In this document: positions 7,311 to 15,734 of the stretch, in pieces
Numbering within the stretch: the stretch's first letter is position 1
Layout: every line of letters begins with the position of its first letter
NCBI GenBank assembly: GCA_964454175.1
Contig: CAYVSA010000030.1
Span: 1 to 20,097, forward strand
From: an uncultured Pseudomonadota bacterium
GTDB lineage: Bacteria > BMS3Abin14
Reading direction: 5' to 3'
Length of the DNA: 20,097 nt
The notes under the pieces: model-generated
Database searches by the model: none
What the model was told of the DNA's origin: nothing
The model's input: the letters and a program-made list of their open reading frames with translations, nothing else
Made by a program: the position numbers and the translations under genes

Positions 7311-9629
7311 TTGAAAAAAATACGCTACAGGATTGAAATACAGGGAATTGTGCAGGGAGTGGGATTTCGTCCCTTTGTTTACCGAACCGCCCAGGAGCAG
7401 ATGCTGAAGGGCTGGGTTAGCAATACCTCCAATGGAGTAATTATCGAAGTGGAGGGGGCAAAAAAGGAACTTGACTCCTTTCTAAAAACCCTTGAGGACT
7501 CGCCTCCGCCGCTGTCAAGAGTATCATCGATCAGCAGTGAGCGGCTGCCTCCTGCCGGGTACGGTGAGTTTACGATCAGGGAGAGTCTGGCAAATCCGGA
7601 TTCTACCGTACTCGTATCACCTGATGTCTCCATCTGCTCCGACTGCAGGACAGAACTTCTCGATCCCGAAGGCCGGCGGTACATGTACCCGTTCATTAAC
7701 TGCACGAACTGCGGCCCCAGGTATACTATTATCAACGCGGTGCCCTACGACCGTCCCAATACATCCATGAGCACTTTTAAAATGTGCAGGCAGTGCCAGG
7801 AAGAATATGAGGATCCCGCCGACAGGCGGTTCCACGCCCAGCCCAACGCCTGTGCTGCCTGCGGACCCACACTGTCCATCATGGGGCAGGGAAGTGATGG
7901 CAGTGATCCCTTTGAGACTGCCGTAAAGATCATTACAGGAGGGGGGATCGCGGCAATAAAGGGTCTTGGAGGGTTTCACCTTGCCGTTGATCCTTCGCGG
8001 GATGCGGCTGTGTGCCTCCTGAGGGAGAGGAAGGGCAGGGATGAAAAGCCCTTTGCCCTGATGGTAAGGGATGTGGGGACTGCTCGCATGCTCTGTGACG
8101 TTGACGACCAGGGTCGGCGGTGCCTGGAAAGCATTGAAAGCCCCGTCGTCCTGCTGCCGAAAAGAACAGATCCGGAACTGACTCTCTCTGGCCTGGTTGC
8201 CGGCCGCAGCCGTTATCTCGGCCTCATACTGCCCTACACACCCCTCCATGTTATGCTTATGGAGAAGTTTCCCGCACTGATAATGACAAGTGCCAATCTC
8301 AGCGATGAGCCCCTGTGTGCAGGCAACGACGAAGCAGTCGGCAGGCTGGGGGGGATCGCCGATACGTTTCTCGTTCACGATAGAAAAATAGTTCTCAGGT
8401 GCGACGATTCCATCGTACGTCCGGATACAAAGAATCCTGAAAATGGGAGGCTGGTCCTTCGCAGGGCCAGGGGTTTTGTTCCAGCACCTGTATTTCTCCC
8501 CATGAAGGGGATCCCGGTCCTGGCCCTTGGGCCGGAACTCAAGGGGACTGTCTGCCTGACGAAGGGTGACAGAGCCTTTATCGGTCAGCACCTCGGGGAC
8601 CTCAAGAACCTGGACACAGTCAGCTTTCTGAAGGAGGTTGTCACGCATTTGATGGATATTCTGGAAGTTGCGCCCGAAGCCATCGCCTGTGATCTTCATC
8701 CCGATTACCTGACGACACACCTGGCCAGCGAGGATCAGGACACCCCATGGCCTTCCGGCCTGCCTCTTTACAGAGTACAACACCACCACGCACACATCCT
8801 GGGCTGCCAGGCAGAAAATGAACTCGCTGGACCTGTTATCGGATTCGCCCTGGACGGAACCGGGTACGGCCCGGACGGCACCGTATGGGGCGGAGAACTC
8901 TTATATGTTGACGGCATCAGGATGAAGCGCCTGGGCCACCTGAGACAGGTCTGGATGCCTGGGGGCGATAGGGCAGTCACCGAGCCCTTCAGAATGGCAC
9001 TGTCCTGTATGTACGAGGTTCTTGGCCCCGAGGAAGCCCTTAAAAGAGCGGAGGAGGTATTTCCTTCAGTATCCGGCGAGAACATCAGCATCCTGCTGAA
9101 AATGCTCGAGAAACGTTCTCACGGCATATTTACATCAAGTACCGGGCGGCTTTTCGACGCCTTTTCCGCCATGCTGGGTGTATGCACGCACATGAGATAT
9201 GAAGGACAGCCGGCCATAGAGTTGGAGATGTTGACTGACAGGACAGTAACGGATACTCTCCCTTTTTCCATTGATGGGGGAGGCGGTGAAACATTTGTGC
9301 TGGACCTGCTCCCTGCATTTAAAAGCGCTATGGGACTGGTTAGCGATGGCCGCGACGCAGATGTTTTAGGGGGAATGTTTCACAGGACGCTCGCAGCGGC
9401 CCTCGGGGAACTGGCCGAAAAGGCCCTTGCCGATAACTCACACCTACCGAGAATAGCGGCGTTCAGTGGTGGAGTCATGCAGAATGAGACACTTTCGCTT
9501 ATGATAAGAGAAGAGCTGGAACACAGAAAGATAGTGCCTGTATTTCACAGGTCCGTACCCCCTAACGACGGTGGCATATCCTTCGGGCAGGCAGTGTACG
9601 CAATAAACGCATCGATATCAGGAGGTTGA
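7311..9629 (+). CDS. hypF: Carbamoyltransferase HypF
   Basis: Acylphosphatase domain GIVQGVGFRPFVY, Zn fingers CSDC..CTNCGPRY and CRQC..RRFHAQPNACAACGP, IKGLGGFHL, QHHHAH, DGTGYG, PPNDGGISFGQ. TTG start with weak SD. Confidence 0.97.
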   Translation: MKKIRYRIEIQGIVQGVGFRPFVYRTAQEQMLKGWVSNTSNGVIIEVEGAKKELDSFLKTLEDSPPPLSRVSSISSERLPPAGYGEFTIRESLANPDSTVLVSPDVSICSDCRTELLDPEGRRYMYPFINCTNCGPRYTIINAVPYDRPNTSMSTFKMCRQCQEEYEDPADRRFHAQPNACAACGPTLSIMGQGSDGSDPFETAVKIITGGGIAAIKGLGGFHLAVDPSRDAAVCLLRERKGRDEKPFALMVRDVGTARMLCDVDDQGRRCLESIESPVVLLPKRTDPELTLSGLVAGRSRYLGLILPYTPLHVMLMEKFPALIMTSANLSDEPLCAGNDEAVGRLGGIADTFLVHDRKIVLRCDDSIVRPDTKNPENGRLVLRRARGFVPAPVFLPMKGIPVLALGPELKGTVCLTKGDRAFIGQHLGDLKNLDTVSFLKEVVTHLMDILEVAPEAIACDLHPDYLTTHLASEDQDTPWPSGLPLYRVQHHHAHILGCQAENELAGPVIGFALDGTGYGPDGTVWGGELLYVDGIRMKRLGHLRQVWMPGGDRAVTEPFRMALSCMYEVLGPEEALKRAEEVFPSVSGENISILLKMLEKRSHGIFTSSTGRLFDAFSAMLGVCTHMRYEGQPAIELEMLTDRTVTDTLPFSIDGGGGETFVLDLLPAFKSAMGLVSDGRDADVLGGMFHRTLAAALGELAEKALADNSHLPRIAAFSGGVMQNETLSLMIREELEHRKIVPVFHRSVPPNDGGISFGQAVYAINASISGG

Positions 9630-9633
9630 CTGT

Positions 9634-9870
9634 ATGTGTATTGCAGTCCCCGGTAAAATAGTGAAAATTGACGACATTAATATGGCGACTGTGGATTTCG
9701 GCGGGTCCACCAGGATAGCCTCCGCTGATCTTGTACCGGATGCTGCGGTTGGGGATTATGTACTCGTGCACGCAGGGTTCATAATAAACATACTGGATGA
9801 AACCGAGGCCGAAGAGACGTTGAAGCTCTTCGACGAATACATGGGGATACTGGACGATGAAATATCTTGA
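9634..9870 (+). CDS. hypC: Hydrogenase assembly chaperone HypC/HybG
   Basis: MCIAVPGKI N-terminus, VGDYVLVHAGF; SD AGGAGG upstream. Confidence 0.97.
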   Translation: MCIAVPGKIVKIDDINMATVDFGGSTRIASADLVPDAAVGDYVLVHAGFIINILDETEAEETLKLFDEYMGILDDEIS

Positions 9871-10960
9871 TGAGTTCAGAGACCCTGATGCTGCCAGGGC
9901 CCTGAAAAAGAAAATTGAAGATAGTGCCTCGAAACTGCCCGACCCTGTGAAAATAATGGAGATCTGCGGCAGTCACACCGTGTCGATCTTCCGCTCAGGT
10001 ATAAAATCACTACTTCCGCCCAACGTCACCATGGTATCGGGCCCCGGGTGCCCGGTCTGCGTGACTGCCATGGAGGACATGGACAGGATGATCGCGCTTG
10101 CTGGTCCCGAGAGGCGGGAAAACGTGACAATTGCTACCTTCGGAGACATGGTGAGGGTTCCCGGCTCTTTTTCGAGCCTGGAAAGGGAACGGGCCGAGGG
10201 CGCCGATGTGAGGGTCGCATCTTCTCCCCTGGACGCGCTGGAGTGGGCGAGGGCAAACCCTGACAGACAGGTCGTATTCCTCGGAGTCGGGTTTGAGACA
10301 ACTTCACCGACGATCGCTGCAACCTTAAAAAGGGCTGCAGAAGAAGGGCTGGAAAATTTCTCGGTGTATCCATCATTCAAGCTACTGCCGCCTGCCCTGA
10401 CAGCACTGCTCGAAAGCGATGATATTGCAATAGACGCCTTCCTGTGTCCGGGACACGTGAGTGTGATGCTCGGAGTTGACACCTACAGACCAGTGGCCGC
10501 TGCGTACGGCAGGCCATGCGTGATCGCCGGCTTTGAGCCACTTGATATTTTACTTGGTATATCAAAGACATTGGAGCTATTAGTTGATAATAAACATGAA
10601 GTATTTAATGCTTACGGCAGGGCAGTTACCGACGGAGGGAACCGTAGGGCGATGGACCTTTTATTCCAGGTATTCCATGCAGCGGACGTCCCGTGGAGAG
10701 GTCTGGGCACCATACCGCGATCCGGACTTGAACTGAGCGGCGGGTACTCTTCCTTCGATGCAATGGCGCGATTCAACCTGCAGAATGTTCAAACGGGCAG
10801 TGATCCGGCAGAGTGCGCCTGCGGTCAGGTCCTTCGGGGCGTTATGTCCCCCCCGGAATGCCCACTTTTTGCCAACGGGTGCAGTCCGGAATTCCCTGTG
10901 GGCTCCTGCATGGTATCGTCCGAAGGATCCTGTGCGGCGTGGTACCGGTATCAAATATAG
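9857..10960 (+). CDS. hypD: Hydrogenase formation protein HypD
   Basis: MEICGSHT, GPGCPVC, GFETT, PGHVS and the C-terminal Cys cluster CACG..CPLF..C..GSCMVSSEGSCAAWY. Confidence 0.97.
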   Translation: MKYLDEFRDPDAARALKKKIEDSASKLPDPVKIMEICGSHTVSIFRSGIKSLLPPNVTMVSGPGCPVCVTAMEDMDRMIALAGPERRENVTIATFGDMVRVPGSFSSLERERAEGADVRVASSPLDALEWARANPDRQVVFLGVGFETTSPTIAATLKRAAEEGLENFSVYPSFKLLPPALTALLESDDIAIDAFLCPGHVSVMLGVDTYRPVAAAYGRPCVIAGFEPLDILLGISKTLELLVDNKHEVFNAYGRAVTDGGNRRAMDLLFQVFHAADVPWRGLGTIPRSGLELSGGYSSFDAMARFNLQNVQTGSDPAECACGQVLRGVMSPPECPLFANGCSPEFPVGSCMVSSEGSCAAWYRYQI

Positions 10961-11046
10961 TCGCAAGTCCAAAGGCCCAGGGCTCAGGTAATTTTATTGT
11001 TAATAGTTGATTCAAACCTGGGTCATGGAACCTGGGTCTTGAGTCT
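10959..11046. repeat. Inverted heptamer tandem array (copy 2)
   Basis: AGTCGCA AGTCCAA AGGCCCA GGGCTCA (10959-10986), AT-rich spacer (~10990-11015), then reverse-oriented TGGGTCA TGGAACC TGGGTCT TGAGTCT (11019-11046). Confidence 0.7.
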
Positions 11047-11066
11047 GGTCCTGACGGGAGGTTTAA

Positions 11067-12083
11067 TTGAGCAAGGACGATAGAATACTTCTATCCCACG
11101 GCAGTGGGGGCAGGAAAAGTCAGGAACTGACCGCGGGAATTTTCCTGAAATATTTCCGCGATCCAGCCCTTTTGCTCTTGAATGACAACGCTGTGATCGA
11201 CCTTGGATCTTCCCGCATAGCCTTCAGCACCGACACGTACACGATAGACCCCATTTTCTTTCCTGGCGGCAACATAGGCAGTCTGGCGGTACACGGCACG
11301 GTCAACGACGTTTCCATGGCTGGTGCAGATCCGGTGCTTATGAGCGCTGGTTTTATCATCGAGGAAGGGTTTTTACTGGCCGATCTCGAAAAGATCGCTG
11401 CTTCAATGGCTGCCGCTGCCCTGGAGGCCGGCGTCAGGATCGTTACGGCAGATACAAAGATCGTCTCCAGAGGCGCTGCTGACGGTATATTTATCAACAC
11501 CACCGGCATCGGGACTATTCTGGATGGCGCTGTGATCGGTGGTCAGCAGGCCGTGGTTGGAGACGTAGTGCTTCTTTCGGGTACGATCGGAGACCACGGA
11601 ATTGCCGTCGCCTCATCCCGAGAGGGCATCGGTTTCAAAACATGTGTAGAAAGTGACAGTGCCTCCCTCAACACAATGGTCAGAGACCTTCTTGGCGCGG
11701 CTCCTGGAGCTGTTCACGTGATGCGTGACCCGACACGGGGAGGGCTTGCCACAGTCCTCAGCGAGATCGCCTCACAGTCTTCTGTGGGAATACAGATCGG
11801 CGAGGCGCAGATACCTGTAAATGATGCTGTATCGGGAGCGTGCGAACTTTTCGGTTATGATCCTCTGTACCTTGCCAACGAGGGGAAAATGGTAGCCCTG
11901 GTCAGAGAGGAAGCGTCCCCCGGGGCGCTGGCGGCACTCAGAGCTCATCCTCTCGGGGGTGAAGCAGCGGCGATAGGACGGGTTGTTTCGGACCACCCTT
12001 CAAAAGTAGTCCTCAAAACTCTTATGGGAGGCAGGAGGCTGGTTGAAAGGCTAACAGGCGAAATGCTGCCGAGAATATGTTGA
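11067..12083 (+). CDS. hypE: Carbamoyl dehydratase HypE
   Basis: HGSGG, FFPGGNIGSLAVHGTVNDVSM, MRDPTRGG, ANEG and the C-terminal LPRIC signature; TTG start with SD GGGAGG. Confidence 0.97.
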   Translation: MSKDDRILLSHGSGGRKSQELTAGIFLKYFRDPALLLLNDNAVIDLGSSRIAFSTDTYTIDPIFFPGGNIGSLAVHGTVNDVSMAGADPVLMSAGFIIEEGFLLADLEKIAASMAAAALEAGVRIVTADTKIVSRGAADGIFINTTGIGTILDGAVIGGQQAVVGDVVLLSGTIGDHGIAVASSREGIGFKTCVESDSASLNTMVRDLLGAAPGAVHVMRDPTRGGLATVLSEIASQSSVGIQIGEAQIPVNDAVSGACELFGYDPLYLANEGKMVALVREEASPGALAALRAHPLGGEAAAIGRVVSDHPSKVVLKTLMGGRRLVERLTGEMLPRIC

Positions 12084-12101
12084 GGAGCTGAGTCGAGGGC
12101 T

Positions 12102-12173
12102 TGTTTCTGGTTTCTGTTTACACCGATACACCAGGGTATGGGATTTTGGACTCTGTCCCGAGATCCTGGACAG
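12102..12173. repeat. Degenerate heptamer array (copy 3) plus small hairpin in the hypE-thiM spacer
   Basis: TGTTTCT GGTTTCT (12102-12115), reverse-oriented TGGGATT TTGGACT (12139-12152); hairpin CTGTCC (12153-12158)/GGACAG (12168-12173). Weaker than the other copies. Confidence 0.4.
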
Positions 12174-12191
12174 CATTTAAAGGAGGAAGGT

Positions 12192-13001
12192 ATGATCCGC
12201 TGGAGTGAAAAGTATTTCGAAGCCGAAAATTACATCAGGGAAAAAAAGCCACTGGTCCACCACATCACGAACTATGTGGTAATGAACGTCACGGCGAACG
12301 TAACACTGGCCATGGGAGCATCGCCGGTCATGGCCCACGATTCGCAGGAAGTGGAGGAGATGGTCTCTTTTGCTTCGGCCTTTGTCATCAACATAGGGAC
12401 ACTTTCACCGCACTGGGTCGAAGCCATGCTCAAGGCAGGGAAAAAGGCCAGGGAGCTTGGTGTACCCGTTATACTTGACCCTGTGGGCGCCGGTGCCACC
12501 AGGTTGCGGACAGATGTGTGCAGCCAGATCATGTCCGAGGTCCGCCCCGACATCGTGAGAGGCAACCAGGCCGAGATCGTTACCCTGGCAGGAGGGGCTG
12601 CGGCCATACAAGGGGTTGACTCCCTTGAGGCAGGAGAAGCGCCAATAGGGCTTTTCAAAGAGTTTGCCAGGACGGCCGATGCGGTTGTCTGCGTTACGGG
12701 CCCTGTTGACTGGGTAACAGACGGGCACAGGGTGCTGAGAATAGAAAACGGCCACCCAATGATGTCCAACGTTACCGGGACCGGCTGTTCTGCATCGGCT
12801 GCGGTGGCAGTTTTTAACTGCTCGCCCGCGGACCGGCTCGAATCATCCGCTCTGGGACTTGCTGCCTTCGGTGCCTGCGGCGAGGTCGCAGCGAAGAATT
12901 CCGTTGGGCCCGGAAGTTTCCAGGTCGCCATACTCGATGCCCTGTATAATGCTCCCACACTGGATCTCGGGGCTGAGTTGAGAATATCGGAAGTCCAGTA
13001 G
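12192..13001 (+). CDS. thiM: Hydroxyethylthiazole kinase
   Basis: PLVHHITNYVVMNVTANVTLAMGASPVMA, INIGTL, LDPVGAGAT, VRGN, VTGTGC, GPGSFQVAILDALY. Start moved to ATG 12192 behind SD AAGGAGG. Confidence 0.96.
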   Translation: MIRWSEKYFEAENYIREKKPLVHHITNYVVMNVTANVTLAMGASPVMAHDSQEVEEMVSFASAFVINIGTLSPHWVEAMLKAGKKARELGVPVILDPVGAGATRLRTDVCSQIMSEVRPDIVRGNQAEIVTLAGGAAAIQGVDSLEAGEAPIGLFKEFARTADAVVCVTGPVDWVTDGHRVLRIENGHPMMSNVTGTGCSASAAVAVFNCSPADRLESSALGLAAFGACGEVAAKNSVGPGSFQVAILDALYNAPTLDLGAELRISEVQ

Positions 13002-13005
13002 AACT

Positions 13006-13119
13006 TGTCCAGAGACCAGGCGCCAATGTCCAATATCCCAGGTTCAAGACAGGACGTGGTAAGGAAAAAACCGGGACCTTGGACGTTGAATGATCTTTAC
13101 GCACGTTGGACCTTGGACG
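13006..13119. repeat. Inverted heptamer tandem array (copy 4)
   Basis: TGTCCAG AGACCAG GCGCCAA TGTCCAA TATCCCA GGTTCAA (13006-13047), spacer, reverse-oriented CGGGACC TTGGACG TTGAATG (13072-13092) and TTGGACC TTGGACG (13106-13119). Confidence 0.75.
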
Positions 13120-13125
13120 ATATTA

Positions 13126-13755
13126 ATGGACCTATCACTCTACGTACTCACAGATGAGAGACTCTCACTGGGTCGATCCGACGCTCAGGTTGTATCGGAA
13201 GCTATCAACGGCGGCGCTACAATCATCCAGTACCGGCACAAAGGAGGGGGCGCACGACGCATGACCCGGGATGCTGCCGAGCTGCTTGCAGTCTGCAGAT
13301 CAGGGGGAGTACCACTTATTATAAACGACCGGCTGGACGTTGCCCTTGCATGCGGCGCCGATGGCGTTCACATCGGGCAGGATGATCTTGATCCTGCTGC
13401 TGCAAGAAGTCTCGCCGGCCCTGATTTTATAATCGGCGTCTCTGTCAGGACCCCGGAAGAATGCAGAGATGCCCGGGAATCAGGAGCGGATTATCTTGCT
13501 GCCAACGGTATCTTCAGCACTACCACCAAGACGGATTTTGGGGAGCCCCTCGGTCTGGAGGGACTAAAAACCCTCGCTGAGGCTGCGGAACTGCCCCTGG
13601 TTGCCATAGGAGGCATCAGGGATGAAAACGCGGCCGATGTCATCCGGTCGGGCGCGGATGGTGTTGCTGTGATATCCTGCGTCGTCAGTGACCCGGACAT
13701 AGCGGGCCGCTGCAGAGCCCTCCTCGCAGCCATAGAAGAGGGTAGAAGGGGATAA
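13126..13755 (+). CDS. thiE: Thiamine-phosphate synthase
   Basis: LYVLTD, IQYRHK, LIINDRLDVALA, GVHIGQDD, IIGVS, STTTK, LVAIGGI, GVAVIS. Start set at ATG 13126 (MDLSLY) because the upstream in-frame extension runs through repeat DNA. Confidence 0.96.
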   Translation: MDLSLYVLTDERLSLGRSDAQVVSEAINGGATIIQYRHKGGGARRMTRDAAELLAVCRSGGVPLIINDRLDVALACGADGVHIGQDDLDPAAARSLAGPDFIIGVSVRTPEECRDARESGADYLAANGIFSTTTKTDFGEPLGLEGLKTLAEAAELPLVAIGGIRDENAADVIRSGADGVAVISCVVSDPDIAGRCRALLAAIEEGRRG

Positions 13756-14762
13756 TGAAGATAAGCGAGATAGGAGAGTTCGGATTCATCGAACGGGTCC
13801 ACAGGGCCGCTGGCCGGGCCCGTTATCCCGTGATCCTCGGAATCGGTGATGATGCGTCTATCCTCAGACCAGAACCGGGATATGACCTTTTAGTTACCAC
13901 TGACATGCTTGTTGAGGGCGTTCACTTCCTCAGGGAGACCACACCGCCTGGGGATCTGGGGTTCAAATCCCTCACCGTGAACCTGAGCGACATAGCCGCT
14001 ATGGGTGGGACACCGATCCAGGCCTATTTGTCTCTGGCTCTCACTCCGGACACGAAAGTCGAGGAACTGGACCATTTTATCGATGGTTTCCTTCAAGCCT
14101 CAGGGGGCTCGGTACAGCTTTCAGGAGGGGATACAGTTTCTTCAAAAGCAGGGTGGGCTGTTTCAGTCACTGTTATAGGAACCGTAAAGGAGGGGAGGGC
14201 GCTGAGGCGCGACAGTGCAGCTGCCGGTGACGTCCTGTTCCTCTCTGGACCTACCGGTGAATCTGCGGCAGGACTGGCCCTGCTCCTTGGTTCGGCCAAA
14301 CTCGAAGATGATGTTCACGCTGATCAGCTGATACAGGCACACAACCGTCCTGCCCCCGAACTCGCCCTCGGAAAGCTGCTTTCCGATTCTGACCTGTGCA
14401 GCTGCGCACTGGATGTCAGCGACGGTCTTTTGCAGGATCTCACCCACATTTGCAGGGCGAGTTCGGTTGGAGCGTGTATTTATCTTGAAAATATTCCGCT
14501 TACACCCGCACTGAAAAATGCTGCAGAATCTGTTGGCGTCGATCAATTTTTCTGGCCGCTGACAGGAGGGGAAGACTACAGGCTTCTTTTTACCGCCCCG
14601 GAAGAAAATGCAGCGGCATTGACGGCTATTCTTTCTGATGCAGGGATAAAGGCAGTGTCCATCGGGGTGATTGAAGAGGGAGAGTCTGTCAGAGCAGTTA
14701 AGAACGGCATCGATGCCTCTCTTCCTGAAAAGGGCGGGCACGACCACTTCCGCAATGTCTGA
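13755..14762 (+). CDS. thiL: Thiamine-monophosphate kinase
   Basis: GEFGFIE, GIGDDA, TTDMLVEGVHF, VNLSDIAAMGG, GGDT, DVSDGLLQDL, GGEDYRLLFT, GHDHF; TAATG coupling to thiE. Confidence 0.96.
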   Translation: MKISEIGEFGFIERVHRAAGRARYPVILGIGDDASILRPEPGYDLLVTTDMLVEGVHFLRETTPPGDLGFKSLTVNLSDIAAMGGTPIQAYLSLALTPDTKVEELDHFIDGFLQASGGSVQLSGGDTVSSKAGWAVSVTVIGTVKEGRALRRDSAAAGDVLFLSGPTGESAAGLALLLGSAKLEDDVHADQLIQAHNRPAPELALGKLLSDSDLCSCALDVSDGLLQDLTHICRASSVGACIYLENIPLTPALKNAAESVGVDQFFWPLTGGEDYRLLFTAPEENAAALTAILSDAGIKAVSIGVIEEGESVRAVKNGIDASLPEKGGHDHFRNV

Positions 14763-15561
14763 GAACTTTATTAAGGGCCCGATCCTCATTGTATCTGCCT
14801 CCGACAGCAGCGGTGCGGCCGGGATGCAGGTGGATATCCGGACTGCGCAGGCCATGTCAGTGCCTGTGAGGTGCGTTCTGACGGCGGTTACCGTGCAGGG
14901 AGACGACGGCGTCATTCTCACAGAAGCAGTCCCGAACCAGGTCATGGAATCCTCCTTCCTTACGTCTGCGACGGACCCCCCCGGGATAGCAGCCGCCAAA
15001 GTAGGTATGCTTTATGATGCTGACACCGCACATATAGTGGCGGAAAACATCTCTGCTCTGGCAGCCGGCGGGATACCTGTCGTTCTGGACCCGGTGATAA
15101 TATCCACCTCCGGCTCTGCCCTGATCAGTAAAGAAGGTATCCTGTTGATCGTCCAGGAAATGCTTAATTCCGTGACAGTCGTTACGCCCAACGTCATGGA
15201 ACTTGATCTTCTTGCTGCTGCGGCCGGATACGAGGGAGCAGATCTGGAGGGTAAAGCATCCGCCCTCATTGAGGCGGGATCAGGTTCGGTCCTGGTGACT
15301 GGGGGAGAAGGAGAGGGGAGTATGTGTGTGGATATCCTCTTCAAAGAGGGTAAAAAAGTGTCATTTCCCCACCCCAGACTGCCAGGAAACATACCGAGGG
15401 GTACCGGATGTGCGCTTTCCACCGCCATTGCAGCAGGTCTCGCCATGGGGCTTAGCACAGAAGAAGCAGTCAAGAATGGCATTATGTTTACGGCTGAATT
15501 GATCGGCAGATCGGTATTGGTTGGGAACCAGAGGCTCCTGTTCCCCTCATCAAATCATTAA
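14755..15561 (+). CDS. thiD: Hydroxymethylpyrimidine/phosphomethylpyrimidine kinase (divergent)
   Basis: SDSSGAAGMQVD, TAVTVQ, AKVGML, VLDPV, VTPNVME, GTGCALS ribokinase-family motifs within a thi cluster. Start moved to ATG 14755, overlapping the thiL end. Confidence 0.85.
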   Translation: MSENFIKGPILIVSASDSSGAAGMQVDIRTAQAMSVPVRCVLTAVTVQGDDGVILTEAVPNQVMESSFLTSATDPPGIAAAKVGMLYDADTAHIVAENISALAAGGIPVVLDPVIISTSGSALISKEGILLIVQEMLNSVTVVTPNVMELDLLAAAAGYEGADLEGKASALIEAGSGSVLVTGGEGEGSMCVDILFKEGKKVSFPHPRLPGNIPRGTGCALSTAIAAGLAMGLSTEEAVKNGIMFTAELIGRSVLVGNQRLLFPSSNH

Positions 15562-15615
15562 CAGGAACTTCTTATTCATGAGTGAACCGAAGGACCGCAA
15601 TCCGATTTATAGGCA

Positions 15616-15644
15616 TTGCCTTTTTTAAAACCCTATAATATCTT
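15616..15644 (+). promoter_or_regulatory. Probable sigma70 promoter for the bS22-like/miaB unit
   Basis: TTGCCT (15616-15621), 17-nt spacer, TATCTT (15639-15644); a perfect TATAAT also lies at 15634-15639 in this AT-rich stretch. Confidence 0.55.
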
Positions 15645-15665
15645 GTCAATTGCGCTGATGAAGTG

Positions 15666-15727
15666 TCAGGGTGCGGGTGCGTCCCGATAACCTGATCATA
15701 TGTTAATGTTTAATCACGAAAGGAGGT
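15666..15727 (+). promoter_or_regulatory. Structured 5' leader (candidate cis-regulatory RNA)
   Basis: Hairpin TCAGG (15666-70)..CGGG-tgcgt-CCCG..CCTGA (15691-95) between the promoter and SD AAGGAGGT (15720-15727). Confidence 0.35.
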
Positions 15728-15734
15728 AGCTGGA

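Noticed and set aside
7617..8795. 392-aa minus-strand ORF
   Set aside because: Entirely antisense to a well-supported hypF, with no recognisable motifs; a shadow ORF.
12084..12191. TPP riboswitch expected upstream of thiM
   Set aside because: Only an isolated CTGAG is present; no AACCTGA/TAAT/GCG.AGG core or compatible stems.
6523..13125. CRISPR array or intrinsic terminator explanation for the intergenic repeats
   Set aside because: Units are 7 nt, tandem and degenerate with no repeat-spacer alternation, no cas genes are present, and the stems lack U-tracts.
383..15482. Other long minus-strand or alternate-frame ORFs (383-1012, 2607-3332, 4888-5331, 12272-13033, 14163-14999, 15012-15482)
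   Set aside because: All overlap confidently identified + strand genes and show no family motifs.
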